A DNA stretch of 64,000 nucleotides from Cetorhinus maximus (Eukaryota). The DNA lies in NCBI RefSeq assembly GCF_964194155.1, contig NC_135886.1, positions 119,350,001 to 119,414,000 of the forward strand. Direction: 5' to 3'. The notes beneath the pieces are model-generated. The model saw nothing but the letters and a program-made list of their open reading frames with translations. It had not been told where the DNA came from and made no database searches. Positions 24,412 to 36,842 of this stretch are shown here, piece by piece. Made by a program: the position numbers and the translations under genes. Numbering within the stretch: the first letter of the stretch is position 1; every line of letters begins with the position of its first letter.

Positions 24412-25535
24412 TGGTGCAGTGATGTCCTGGGACTCAGATGATTGACTTCCAACAACCACAATCATCTTCCTTTGTGCTAGGACTCCAATCAGTGGACAGT
24501 TTTCCCCCCGATTCCCATCGACTCCAGTTTTGCTGGAGCTCCTTGATGCCACATTAACGTCATGGGCAGTCACTCTCGCCTCGCCTCTTGAGTTAAGCTC
24601 TTTTGTCCATGTTAGGACGAAGGCTGTAATGAGTTCAGGAGCTGAGTGGCCCTGTAGAACCAAACTAAGTGTCCGTGAGTAAGTTATTGCTGAGTAAGTG
24701 CAGCTTGATAGTACTGTCAACGATCCCTTCCATCACTTTGCTGATGATCAAGAGTAGAATAATGGGGTGGTGAATAGATATCATAGAAGTTCCAACATTT
24801 TTCACTAACACTTGGAATACTGAGTCATCCCTCACCATCTAACTGAGCATAAACACAGCCCATCTACCACCAGCCATTAAACAGAAGTAAACCTATCTCA
24901 CTCAGCATCAAATATACAAGTCGTCTTCCCCACTGCCCCACTCCTCCACTGAATAGAATCATTAACTGAACTGGTCCATTCCCACTCTCTATTGAAGGCA
25001 TGTCTTAAAACATCACAACCCTACAGAGAATAAACTAGGCCATTTCTTTTGCACTGATCACAAATTTGACCACCCCCTTGCTCTCACTAAGACCAATTAC
25101 CCACTGAGATGAAGTTTGGTCCCCTCATCCCCGCTTAGAACAATTAAAAAAATTAATTCATTCATGGGATATAGGCATCACTCCTGGCCCAGCATTTATT
25201 GCCCATCCCCAATTGGTAGTGAGCTACCTTCTTGAACCATTGTAGTCCATATGTTGTAGTAACACCCACAGTGCTGTTAGGAAGGGAGTTCCAAGATTTT
25301 GTCCCAGTGACAAGTGAAGGAATGGTGATATTGTTCCAAATCAGGATGGTGTGTGACTTGAAAGGGAACTTGAAGGTACAGTTGTTTCCATGCACCTGCT
25401 GCCCTTGTCCCTCTAGGTGGTAGAGGTTGTGAGTTTAAAAGATGCTGTGGAAGAGGGCTTGGGGAATTGCTGCAGTGCATCTTGTAGGTGGTACACACTG
25501 CTACCACTGCGTGCTGGCGGTGGAGAGAGTGAAAG
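24412..25535 (-). mobile_element. Further family B LINE fragments (24412-24772 and 25150-25535)
   Basis: Sequence homologous to 23030-23400 and 21690-22070. Confidence 0.75.
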
Positions 25536-25539
25536 TAGT

Positions 25540-25830
25540 AACGCAACTTGCTGACCGATGATCCACTGTACATGGGATATAAGCCTCCAGCTGCTGCAAG
25601 AAATAACCAACTCATTGACCAGTGACCCATTGCACACTGGCTGTAAACCTTAAGCTGCTTTAGGAAATAACCAACTTGCTGACCAGTGACCCACTGTACA
25701 CTATATATAAACCTCCAGCTGCTGCAAGAAATAACCAACTCATTGCCCAGTGACCCAGTGCACACTGGATGTAAACCTCCAACTACTACACGCAACAACT
25801 AACTTGCTGACCAGTGACCCACTGCACCCT
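25540..25830. repeat. 64-bp tandem repeat, about 4.5 units (continues at 27205-27290)
   Basis: Unit starts at 25581, 25645, 25709 and 25773; consensus aaacctccagctgctgcaagaaataaccaactcattgaccagtgacccactgcacactggatat. Confidence 0.9.
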
Positions 25831-25831
25831 A

Positions 25832-27204
25832 TTTTTTTTTTGAAAAATATACTTTATTCATAAAATATCTGGAAGAACATTACAAAATATTTCTAAATCG
25901 CCGTCACAAAAAGTGCAATCAGATTCAACTTTTACACATGGATCACGAGGTGCTTCAATACAATCAATGAATATTACAATCATTTCAATATGGTCATTAC
26001 AGACAGTCAGACAGTGCAATGGCATTGGAGTTATCAACATACATCATGTTGCACTCTGAGGTGCTTCAATACAATTATAATACAATTTGTATTCAAAGCA
26101 TACATTCATTGTGAGCTGTACAGCCCAAGGGGCTCTAAACAATTCCCAGACCCTCGGTACACTATGGCAGAAAGGTCTTAGACAGTGACCCTTCCCCATT
26201 GCGCCTTTGCGGCAGCTGCCCCAAGCTTTAGTGCATCCCTCAGCACGTTGTCCTGGACCTTGGAATGTGCCAGTCTGCAACACTTGGTCAGGGACAACTC
26301 TTTGCACTGGAAGACCAACAAGTTTCGGGCAGACCAAAGAGCGTCTTTCACCGAGTTGATGATCCTCCAGCTGCAGTTGATGTTTGTCTCTGTGTGTGTC
26401 CCTGGGAACAGCCCATAGAGCACAGAGTCCTGTGTCACAGAACTGCTCGGGTTGAACCTCGACGGAAAGCACTGCATCTCTCTCCAGACCTTCTTTGCAA
26501 AGGCACAATCCACAAGGAGGTGAACAACGGTCTCGTCCCCACCACAGCCATCTCGAGGGCAACGTGCAGAGGGAGTGAGATTCTTGGCATGTTGGAAGGA
26601 TCTGACGGGGAGGGCCTTTCTCACCACCAGTCAAGCTGGTGATGAGGCATTCTGCCAAATGACTTTGACAGTCTGCTTGGGGAACCATCCGACAGGATCC
26701 ACCATCTCCTTTTCCCACAGGGCATCTAAGACGTTACGTGCTGACCACTGCCTGATAGACTTGTGGTCAAAAATGTTAAACTGGGTATGTGGGAGCGCCG
26801 CTCCCTCGTCATTGCGGGTAAGAACCTGGTCATCAGGTGTGAGGCACTCTCGCTGTTGCTGTACGTGGCGCAGGTCTGGCCCATTCCACACTCCTGCGCG
26901 ATGGAGAGCCATCTTTCGCTTTATCTGGAGGTCGAAAATGGATCGTGTCCACTGGGACACGATGTACAAGCCTCTAGATATGGGGGGGGGGGAAAAAACG
27001 TGCCCAACATCACCCTCATACTGATGGCGGCTGCATCAAGCTGTGCGTAGACCCTCGGTACGCAAACACCAAGTGTCACTACGTGCCGAGGTTCTACCTG
27101 TCCCCGGTGTTGCGAAGGATGGGTCTGGCCACGCTGCCGTGGAACGCTCCAAGTAGTTGGACCGTGCCGTACCACCCGTCCCTGGTGGAAAAATTTATGC
27201 AGAC
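25832..27204 (-). mobile_element. Tx1/L1-clade LINE, 5'-truncated with 5' inversion (25832-26777 minus, 26778-27204 plus)
   Basis: Poly(T) tail at 25832; zinc knuckle CPRDGCGGDETVVHLLVDC on minus; upstream ORF2 part (WERRSLVIAGKNLVI...FYLSPVLRR) on plus. Confidence 0.9.
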
Positions 27205-27290
27205 AAACCTCCAGCTGCTGCAGGAAATAACCCACCCATTGACCAGTGACCCACTTGCACACTGGATATAAACCCCCAGCCGCCGCAGGC
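27205..27290. repeat. Continuation of the 64-bp tandem array
   Basis: aaacctccagctgctgcaggaaataacccacccattgaccagtgacccac followed by a partial unit. Confidence 0.85.
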
Positions 27291-28264
27291 AGCGGACGAC
27301 ATCTGTCAATCATTCTCCAGGGTGAGCGTTGATTGGTGGCTTGAGAAGTGGGCGGTGCTTGGAGTCGTACTGCCGCTCGAAGTGATGGAGGTAAAATGGA
27401 CGGCGCAGGGAAGGTGGGGAGTTCCCTGGTGAATGGCGGAGATCCGAGAGGGAGCACATGATCGCATTGGGCGCTCCGACTTCTTTGTTGAAAGCAAAAG
27501 GTGTTGCGAGGGAACCTGGATCCCCCTCGATAGGGCGGTGGGTGTGGAGGAGCCGCCATTAGATGGCCCTCCCTCTGCAGGTTTTATACCAGACGGCCCA
27601 GGGCATCCAGGAGAGAAATTGTGAAAAAGTCACTCTGACACCCAAAATGTATTCTCTTATTGAAGCATGGGTGGTTCACTGATGCTTTTACCTACATCAC
27701 TGGGAATTTTCCTTCCGGCCTCTGTGCCTTGTGATAAATGTAAAGTTCAGTGGTTTGCCTGTCACTTATGGCAACCATTCCTCGAGAGACGAAGACCACA
27801 TTGTCTTGTTTTCTTCGACGCCAGGCTTTTCGGTCCAAAATGGTGTCCTCGCGGCGCATACGTGCACTTCTGGTGCAAGCCACGCCGGATGTCATTTTGG
27901 TGAGGGTGTTAATGTACTGGAGGCAGATAGTGACACCAGTCAGTGTGCAACATTGATTTGGCACAAGTGTTGCACTTTTGGAGCACAACGCTTCAGCTAA
28001 TGGTTCCCCCCTTCAACATAGGCAGCTAAACATAAATTCAGCAGCAGGAAGACCACCCCACCCGCACTCCAGTACTATTTAATGGGATCATCAACAGCTT
28101 ACAGGTTAGTTGCTTGTTGATTTCTATTAGCAGGTGCTACAATAATAGATGTTCTGGTGACTTCTAGAGTTCCTTAAAGTTGCTAAAGTCTACAGAGAGT
28201 GGTGTGACATATGCTGAAGGAGTTTGTCCTGACTTCAAGGATTCTGCACAAACAACTTGCTCCC

Positions 28265-29150
28265 AGTCATGGGTGCACTAGTTTGCATCCAGCTTGGCCT
28301 ACAGCATTACAGGGACAGTTGAGCAGAGGTGACACATGGCAGGACAAGCTCCTGGAAGAGGGAGGGGAAGAAGGGTTGTCAGCAGGAGACCATAACCGTG
28401 CAGGGTTTTCAGAGAGCAGTTTTCCTATTTGAAGCTCAGTGAGGAAAAATATCTGTCCTTCAGAAAGATTGTCCTCACTGAAATCTACTGCAGCCTCAGA
28501 GCAGGGCCAATATGACATTGCCACTGGCAGTGAAGATGATTGTGACCATGAGGCTAGAACAGGAGATATTTGCAATACCCCTCAATTTCCCACTTGCATA
28601 AGGGAATTCACTGAAGCTCTGTATTCCAAGAGATCTGAATTTCTCTTCAGCCAGAGAGAAGCAAACGGAGTGGGCACTTGGATTGATGGAGATCGCAGGC
28701 TTCCCTGTGGCTCAGGGTGCCATTTGACTGCATGCACATCACTTTATGGATGCTATATGTCAACTCTGAGATTTACTACAGCTGAAAGGGATTCCACTCT
28801 CTAAATACCCAGCTGGTGTACATATGTTGGAGATGAATGCCTAGTATCTTGGTAGCAGTCATAATGGCTTTGTTCAATGGCAGTTTGCAATGCCATCTGC
28901 ATTTGAGCCACCACTACAAACCCAAAGGTTTGTGGGCAGCCAAAGTTTTATGATGGCGACATGGCTTATGAATGAATCCACAACCCATGCAAGTATGGTT
29001 GGCTTGCATACAATGAAACCCATACTGCGCCACGAAATATGATAGAGCAGACCATTGAAGTGTTGAAACAATGGTTCTGTTGCATAGTAGCAAGCTGGCC
29101 TTGCATGACTTCAGTTTGAGCTGCTGCTTGTGGTACAATGGAAACTGAGT
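28265..29150 (+). mobile_element. PIF/Harbinger transposase remnant (HARBI1-like DDE), pseudogenised
   Basis: Broken frames give RVFREQFSYL, GDICN..QF..CIREFTEALY, IAGFPVAQGAI.CMH, KGFHSLNTQLV and YNETH..RNMIEQTIEVLKQWF. Confidence 0.8.
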
Positions 29151-29453
29151 CATGAGCCATCAGATGCTCGATTGTGGTTGGATCTGCAAGTGTGCTAATG
29201 GAATTGTTTATTAGTTCCTAGACATCGCACGCGGGCCAATGTACCAAGCATTTCATTGTGCATACCCATCAACCATCTCCTGTAACCTACCACTTCGAAG
29301 TGCTCACTTGAGTCTTCTGCAGTAGAATTTGTCTTCTAGCGAACTGCCATCTGAGCCACCCTTACCTCCTCCTATGGCTGCAGGCCATTCACACGTGGGG
29401 TCTCACCACATGAGATCCCATTACCATGCTGTCCTATAAAATACACACTCTTG

Positions 29454-32400
29454 CAGTGGTCAGAATTTTGAGATTTTCTTGAGATCTTTTTTGATTTTCA
29501 AAGGCCCCTTTTGCATTCACACTAACTCCTTTATTAGGTGATGCAGTCACATGTTGAATTTTTTTCAGAGTTTCTGTCTTCAGACAAAATAGCATGAAAA
29601 CCAAATGGAAAGGCTGTCTATTATAAACCAGTTCGTATCTCCAGCCAAGGATTAATTAGATCAAATAGTACGCTAACCATCTGTCAATGCTGGATTTTAA
29701 TACTTATTTTGCAAAATAATGCCTTTATTTAGCAGCACATGGCTTGCGCAGTAGTAGTTCAACAAAACCAGAACAGAGAAAACATATGGAAAGTGGGTAA
29801 CAGCAGCTTTGACTAAAATGGAAATTTCTGTTGTAAGCATAAGTAGAAATGCTTACTTAAGTCTGTATATTTTATTAAATATGTTATTTGTCATGAAAAA
29901 TTCAAATTGTTCTCAGTAATTGTGCAAAGTGCAAACTGTTTGTAAGATTAAACAAAAACTTGGTTTTCTGAAATTTTTGAGTCTGTCACATTCTCCGTGT
30001 CCATCATTGCGTCATTTCTTGTTCCTCAATCTCCATGTCTTTTTCAAAGCCATATTATTGTTCTGTTTCTTCATCTTCGTCTTCTTGTTCGTGTTGCAGG
30101 ATGTGCAACCTGAGAAGTTGGTGATTCTTCAGATGAGATAGCTGATGATTGCCTGTGCATACTGTATGTTGAACATATCATCTTCTCACTTGTTTACCTG
30201 CTTTGTACCACCTAGTTACAGCTGATTCCACACTGAAGTCATTCTCAGAGTGGCCCTCCAGGGAGATTATCATGACATTTTCAATGGTTTGGGTTTCAAG
30301 ATTGACTTGCAAGTTACTCTTGATACTGTTCATGAGAAAGAAGGCCTTCTCCCTTTTTGGCTGTGGCCAATTATATTGGAAGAAGTTAGAGAACTGTTCT
30401 GCCTCTTTGAAGAGCCTGCTCCTCAAAGTGTGCCGTGGCATTGCGCTATCATATTTCTGGACTATCTTCTCTAGTGGAACTCACTCGGCCATAGCTCCAT
30501 TAACCTTGCATCGGATGCAAGGATATCTTTTTGAAGTGTTCCAGCAGTATTTTCAAATTGGTGTCTCCATAGTCTTTCTACTCCCATGACCAGTTCTTGG
30601 GATCAAGTTTTGTCACCGCTGCAAAGCTATTGTTGGTTGACAATGAGCCAAATCACTCTTGTAAGCAGTGGACCAATGGTTCAATATGGTTTCTGTGAGA
30701 ATGTGAGAAGCCAGCTTCACCTTCTGTAACCCCTTTCAATTCAGTACATCTGTAGGTCTCCTCACAACACTCTTCTTTGATGGATCGCTGCTTGGGACCA
30801 TCTCATTCCTATGTCATGCCACGCAGGACTTCTTGAGGTGTGATAACACTGTCAACTACTTCAGGTAAACTTACATTGTCTCTCTGGAAGAAAAGAGAGA
30901 GGTGAGATAGTTCCTTCAAAACATCCTTATGGAGTGCCATATGGAGAAGGAACTTGTAGGAGGTGAGCTTCTTTACTGTTCCCCTTGCTTTAGAAGCATC
31001 TTCTTTCTTGACTGTAGCCCACTGCTCACTTAAGTTGTTTAGATGGTCAACAAACTGGGGTAGTTCCTTTCCAGTGTCGCCAGTGCTTGTCGCATGTGAT
31101 CACCCCAATGAGAGTCCTCTACCCATGTAGGTGTGAGGATGGTTTCCTCTAATAAGCCTGCCATTTCACTGAGCTCCATAAGAGGCTTAGGTGACTTTCT
31201 GTAGAATGATGTGTATGAGGTTGAGCCTTCAATATATGTGGTGAAGTATGTGTCTCTGTATGCATCCTTTTGAATGGTTTGATTTATCCGTTATAAGCTG
31301 CTTGTGACTTAGGCTCTGCCTGTGTCATAATGCCAAATATTGCTTTTATGTTGGTTGTGTCAGATTTGATTGTTTCCCCAACTGCTCTTTGAGTCAGCAC
31401 AAACCAGTGCACCATGGCAGACCACACAGTGTATTTGCAGCCTCCTGCCACTGGTTTGTTGCATTCTAGTCCCGCTTCCAGGTGTTTTCAGTGCTTTCAT
31501 TGGAAACGGGCTTCTTCTTCTAGGTAGAGATGGTAGATGTAACGGTCTTCATTTCAGCTGATGAGCTTGAAGCCACCTTTTAAAGTTTCCATAGTGCTGG
31601 TGGGCTGTGCAGATTTTGGTCAAATCAGAAAGTGCTCCATACTGATTCCAGCATGCTATAATTTAAAGTTAACTTCAATGTTATGTTAACTTAACAATAA
31701 CATTCGTTTTCTCATTTGGTTTGCCTTCTATTACTATCAAGGCTGTGGTGGACCAATACATTTGTATAAAATCACCAAAGTGATCTCAGTATTTCAATAT
31801 TTCAGCTTTTCGTGCAGTTGATATATTACAGAATGAAGTCCAGACTCATAACAGAACATGACCTTACTGGATTATGTACAGTGTGCTTCAGCAAAAGGAG
31901 GCAAGGTGTCACCAGCCATGAGCTAAGGTTGCCTGCCCTGATATCTGAAAAGTCTTTGTTCATCAACTAAATACAATTCCCAGTTTGCAATAATGAACTA
32001 ATATCAGATTTATCTAAAAGTTTTGCAATGAAACAGAAATCAGATAGGCATGAGCAGTTTAGGTAAATTATTAAAAGGCCAAATGAATCTGAATGGTTCC
32101 CGCTTCTCATTTCTCATAGCTGCACCAGTCCCCACCATCATCACCATACAAAATTAAAATATAATTGACCTTCTCCCCGCTGGCTGCTGCCTCTGTTCTC
32201 AGTAGATGGGGGTCCTTTGAGCCTGCTCCTCGCCTCCTTTCTGTGGTTTTTTTCTCCTAGGCCTCATGCTGGTCCCAGAAGATGTTGAAAGTTTGACTTG
32301 AACTGGTCGTCGTGGTCCTGGAGAATTTGCATTGTTTGTGTGGAACAGGTCATTGTCTAAGATAATTATTCCAGTTCCCCCAATGACGCGTTCCCTACCT

Positions 32401-32739
32401 CCTGGCCTTGCTTCTCCTCCAATCATAGCTTCTGTCTCTGGAGGAGCAGCAAAAGAGCAAGATAGGAACCTGTCATTGGAGGAGCTGGAACTGCAGCACA
32501 AGAGTCAGAATCTGTGATTGGAGGAGCAGCTCCTCACAGGTTCTGTCTCATTCTTGTTCGCTGCTCCCCCAATTAAACTGTATGTTGTTTTCTCATTACC
32601 TGCACCTTCAATTCTTCATACCTGGATTGGAGGAACCAGGATTAACGGAACGGGGATGACCTTTTTCGAATTTGTCACCCCCTTTACTTTTCGGCGGGTA
32701 TTGGTGACATTTTGAGGGTGAATTCGTCTGCCAACCCTG
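29454..32739 (-). mobile_element. hAT DNA transposon remnant (ZNF862-like transposase), left boundary uncertain
   Basis: MNSIKSNLQVNLETQTIENVMIISLEG..F.VESAVTRWY...RR resembles the hAT C-terminal dimerisation region; CAGGGTTGGCAG terminus at 32739; many stops and frameshifts. Confidence 0.65.
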
Positions 32740-32749
32740 TGTACTTTGA

Positions 32750-33720
32750 ACCCTGAACAGAGGAAAATTCTCCACTGGTTGGTGTCATACCTAGCACAAA
32801 GGTGGCCAATCATCCCAGCTCCAGGACATTGCTGCTATCCTCAGGATAGTGCCCTAAGCCCAACTATCTTCAGTTTCTCCATCAATTACCTTTCCTCCAT
32901 CGTATGGTCAGAAGGGGGGATGTTTGCTGACTGGGTAGTGTTCAGCACCGTTCTCAGCTCCTCAGATACTGAAATGGTCCGTGCCCGCATGCACAAGACC
33001 TGAACAACATTGAGGCTTGGGCTGATAAGTGACAAGTGCCAGGCAGTGACCATCTTCAACAAGCAAGAATCTGACCATCTCTCTTGATGTTCACTGAATT
33101 CCCCCACTATCAACATCTTAGGGGTTACCATTGACCAGAAACTGAACTGGACCACCCATATAAATACTCTGACTTAAAGAGCAGGTCAGAGGCTGGGAAT
33201 TCTGCAGCAGTTAACTCATATCCTGGCTCCCCAAAGCCTGCCCACAATCTATAAGGCACAAGTCAGGAGTGTGATGGAATACTCTCCACTTGCCTGGATG
33301 AGTGCAACTCCAACAACATTCAAGAAGTTCCACACCATCTAGGACAAAGCAGCCTGCTTTTTGGGCATTCCATCCACCACATTAAGCATTCAGCCCCTCC
33401 ACCACCAGTGCATAGTGACAGCAGTATTTACCATTTACAAGGTGCACTGCAGCAACTCTCCAAGGTGCCTTAACAGCATCTTTCAACCCCCTGACCTTCA
33501 TCATCTAGAAGAACAAGGGCAGCACAATCTTGACTTGGAACTATATTGCCGTTCCTTCACTGTAACTGGGTCAAAAACCTGGAACACCCTTCCAAATAGC
33601 ACTAATGGACTGCAGCAGTTCAAGAAGGTGGTTCATTACCCCTTTCTCAAGCAATTAGGGATGGCCAATAAATGCTGGCTTTGCCAGCAATGCTAACATT
33701 CCAGCAATTAATTATAACAA
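32750..33720 (+). mobile_element. CR1-superfamily LINE family B, 3' part
   Basis: PQDSALSPT RT motif and the family 3' tail. Confidence 0.85.
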
Positions 33721-34019
33721 ATACTTTATGATGTTTTGGGATGTCTTGAGGTCATGAAAGGTGCTATGTAAATCTTATCTTTCTTGACCTCCTCTCCCTT
33801 GTGAAATTTGGCTCTGCTCCATTCTATTCCTATTTATAACCAAGATTAGGTTCTTTGTTTCAACCTTTTCCATTCCCTTCTCCACGGTTGCAAAAGGAGC
33901 TCATCAATGTGATGGTAATTCATGCCTATTTTGCCCTTCAGGTGCCCTATACAGGGACTTGTTAGCTAGTGAATAGCAATCATACAAAATTTGATAGGTA
34001 TTGAAAATTATCATTCCAA

Positions 34020-34960
34020 GCTTAAGATCCCACACGTACGTTGATGACATCCCGCTCTGCCTCACTGCCACCTCTCATGGTGAGGAGATCCAGCTCTATC
34101 TTATCACCACCATCCGATAATTCCTCTGATTCATCATGCAACTTGCCCGACATCCAGTATTAGATGAGCAAAAATTTCCTCCATTCAAATGTTGGGAAGA
34201 CCTTGGACTCTGCCACAAACTCAGCTCCCCAGCCACTACCTCCATATCCCTCTCCCTGGCCAATGTCTGAGGCTGGACCAGATTGTTATGAATCTTGATG
34301 CCCGATTTGACTCCAAGCTGAGCTTCTAATCACATATCCTTTCCATCATTATGACTGCCTACTTCCACCAATATAACATCTTTGCCCTGCCTCAGTTAAT
34401 CTGCTGATGAAACCCTAATTGATTCCTTTATTCCCTCTAGATTTGACTATTCACATGCTCTCCTAACCAATTTCCAGACTTCCACCCTTCATAAACTTAA
34501 GCTTCTACCCATGTCCCATTCACCCATCATCCTTGTACTTGCTAACCTACATTGAGGTGTTTGCCAGACCAGGAGACTATTTTAAAGTCCTCATCTTTAT
34601 TTCAGATCCCTTCATTGCCTGATCTTTCCCAATCTTAGTCACCTCTTGCAGCCCTAGAATCCTTTGAGATCTTTGCTCTCCACAAATTCTAACCACTTTC
34701 ACATCCCTGATTTTCATTGCTCCAGTTTTGTCGATTGTGCCTTCAACTGCATAGACCCTAACCTCTGAAGTTCCCTCGTAAACTTCTCCGCCTCTTTCTT
34801 TTAAGGCACTCTAAAACTTACCTCTGACTAATCTTTTGGTCACCTGTCCTAATATTGCTTTATGGGGTTCAGTGCCATACTTAGTTTGGTAATTGCTCCT
34901 ATGAAGCACCTTGGGATGTTTTACTATGTTAAAGGCACTATATGCTTCAAAGTTGTTAGA
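34020..34960 (+). mobile_element. L2-type LINE 3' part
   Basis: Y.DD motif (tacgttgatgac), SRFDYS-like motif and L2-type tail (gtgaagcaccttgggatgttttactatgttaaagg-like); a shorter copy lies at 36375-36670. Confidence 0.7.
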
Positions 34961-35043
34961 TATTTGAATCTAGGTGCACAGTTTTAAAAGTACATGTAAT
35001 GCCACATATATATAATACTTTATTTTGCTAGAGAAATGCGCTT

Positions 35044-35163
35044 ATGGAGCAGAAGCATGCTACCACAGTAGAAAAAATGAAACGGTCTCTCTACTACCAG
35101 CTGATGATAATTGAAAATTACCAGAAGGCCATTAGCAAAGAGCTGGGACCGCTAGTTGAATGG
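35044..35163 (+). CDS. Tudor-domain gene, first identified coding exon (exon starts at 35032; true start codon uncertain)
   Basis: Acceptor ttattttgctag|, donor TGG|gtatgt; MEQKHATTVEKMKRSLYYQLMIIENYQKAISKELGPLVEW; phase 0 joins the next exon. Confidence 0.65.
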
Positions 35164-36703
35164 GTATGTTACTGCAATCTTCAATTAACTATAGATCCCC
35201 AAGGAATAGAATGTTTTAACTTATAGCAGTAAAAGTTTTTTATTTGTTTCTAAAGTAAAGGTTCTTTGCATTGTCAAGACACTGTGTTACAATAGTTACT
35301 GGAAATTCAAATGAAAATGCACCAACAGGGCATTGAATATTGCATTCAGCCCAAATTAATGAGATCCAAGCCTTCCCTCTTCAAAGGCTAGAACAATCAT
35401 CAGTAAAGTTAATTATGCGCAACACTCCTAAAGAAACAGCCAGAAATATAAGGAGCTTGCTAATAATATCCTTTTGATATTCTGGAATTTTTGATCAGTG
35501 CATCGATTACAGGGAACTTAGTTGACTCCTCAGTCACAATCTTCTCTGTGATTAAATGTTGCCAAGTTTTGCCACTCATGGCAGGCATGCACACACTGTT
35601 GCATAGGTATCATGATAGATCTGCCCTGCTTCCTCTATCATTGGTGATATCTTTGTGCAGGTTCTTCTCCCAGAGTATCAAAAAACCTTTCTTCATTGTT
35701 TGGAGTCCACCACAGATGTTGCACCAATCAATTGATCAGATAAAGCGCAGAAAGCAATATGCTGTCTTTATTACTTAGTCCTGGACTGTTTGTAGTCTTA
35801 ATCTGTGCCTGACTCACTATCCACCAGTCTGAGCTGCAATTTCAAGAATTATAAAGATGTAGGTATTACACAGTTTGAGGGCAGTTCTGTGCATACTTCC
35901 ACAGACCCACCCCAGCTGCTGCCCTGGTAGTGATATGGTCAATGTGCTATGTCCAAGCCATACTCCTCTTGATTGTTATATCCAGGATCTTCTACTTTTT
36001 GCTGGTCTTGCTTGGCTTTGAAAGTAGCTCCACCCTAGCATCCCAGTAGTTTAGAATGGGCTGAAGATTTTAATTTACTCTAGGCTGAAATAATTACATA
36101 CTCCACAGAACCTAAATATACTTGTGATGTTAGAGGTTGTGGGGGATAGCCAGTCGGAGTTAAGCAGTGATATGAATCGATACTCTGGAGCTGTACTTAA
36201 TTACTTTTGAGACTTGGAAAATGTGTGCAAATTTTAACTGGCATAGGCATTTAGCATTAAATCTATTGAGGAAATAAGCTTGATGGAAAGGAAGGTGTAT
36301 TTTCATTCCATGGTGCTTTGACTTTGGAGAGCTGCAAAATGTATTTTTATTTTACAGACTACAAGATGATCCTCAGCGAATAACGCCCAAGAACTAACAT
36401 AGCTGCATTCCTGCAATCCTGGCCTTTTGTGCATCCCTGATTTCCTTTACCCCTCTGGCAGTCATGCCTTCAGCTGTCTAGGCATTAAGTTCTGGAATTC
36501 CTAAACCTTTACGCCTCCCTACCTGTATCATCCTTAAGATGCTGCTTAAAACCTACCTCTTTGCTCTGTAATATCTGCTCATGTGACTGTGACAGTTTTT
36601 GTCTGACAATGTTGCTGAGAAGCATCTTGGAACATTTGCACCTTTAACATCATAAAATGCAAGTTGTTGGTTAAAATTAACACATCAAAATGTATCCTTA
36701 CAG

Positions 36704-36842
36704 GTCAGATTGAATATTCAGAAGATTACCATTATGGCCGAAGAGGATTTCTGCAAGAATTACGAAATTGTCCAACATCAACTATGTCAACTGTGTAGTT
36801 CAAGTAAAGAATTGTACAAAATGCTTCTAGAAGCTAAAACAG
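36704..36842 (+). CDS. Tudor-domain gene, coding exon 2
   Basis: Acceptor tccttacag|, donor CAG|gtaact; VRLNIQKITIMAEEDFCKNYEIVQHQLCQLCSSSKELYKMLLEAKT; phase 0 to 1. Confidence 0.7.

Noticed and set aside
25540-25830. Regularly spaced repeats resembling a CRISPR array
   Set aside because: Whole 64-bp units repeat with no unique spacers; eukaryotic context and no cas genes
28265-29150. Domesticated HARBI1 gene
   Set aside because: Multiple frameshifts, stops and deletions indicate a dead transposon copy
33942-33997. 56-nt segment with good acceptor and donor upstream of the Tudor gene
   Set aside because: Stops in all three frames; could be a 5' UTR exon but cannot be supported as coding
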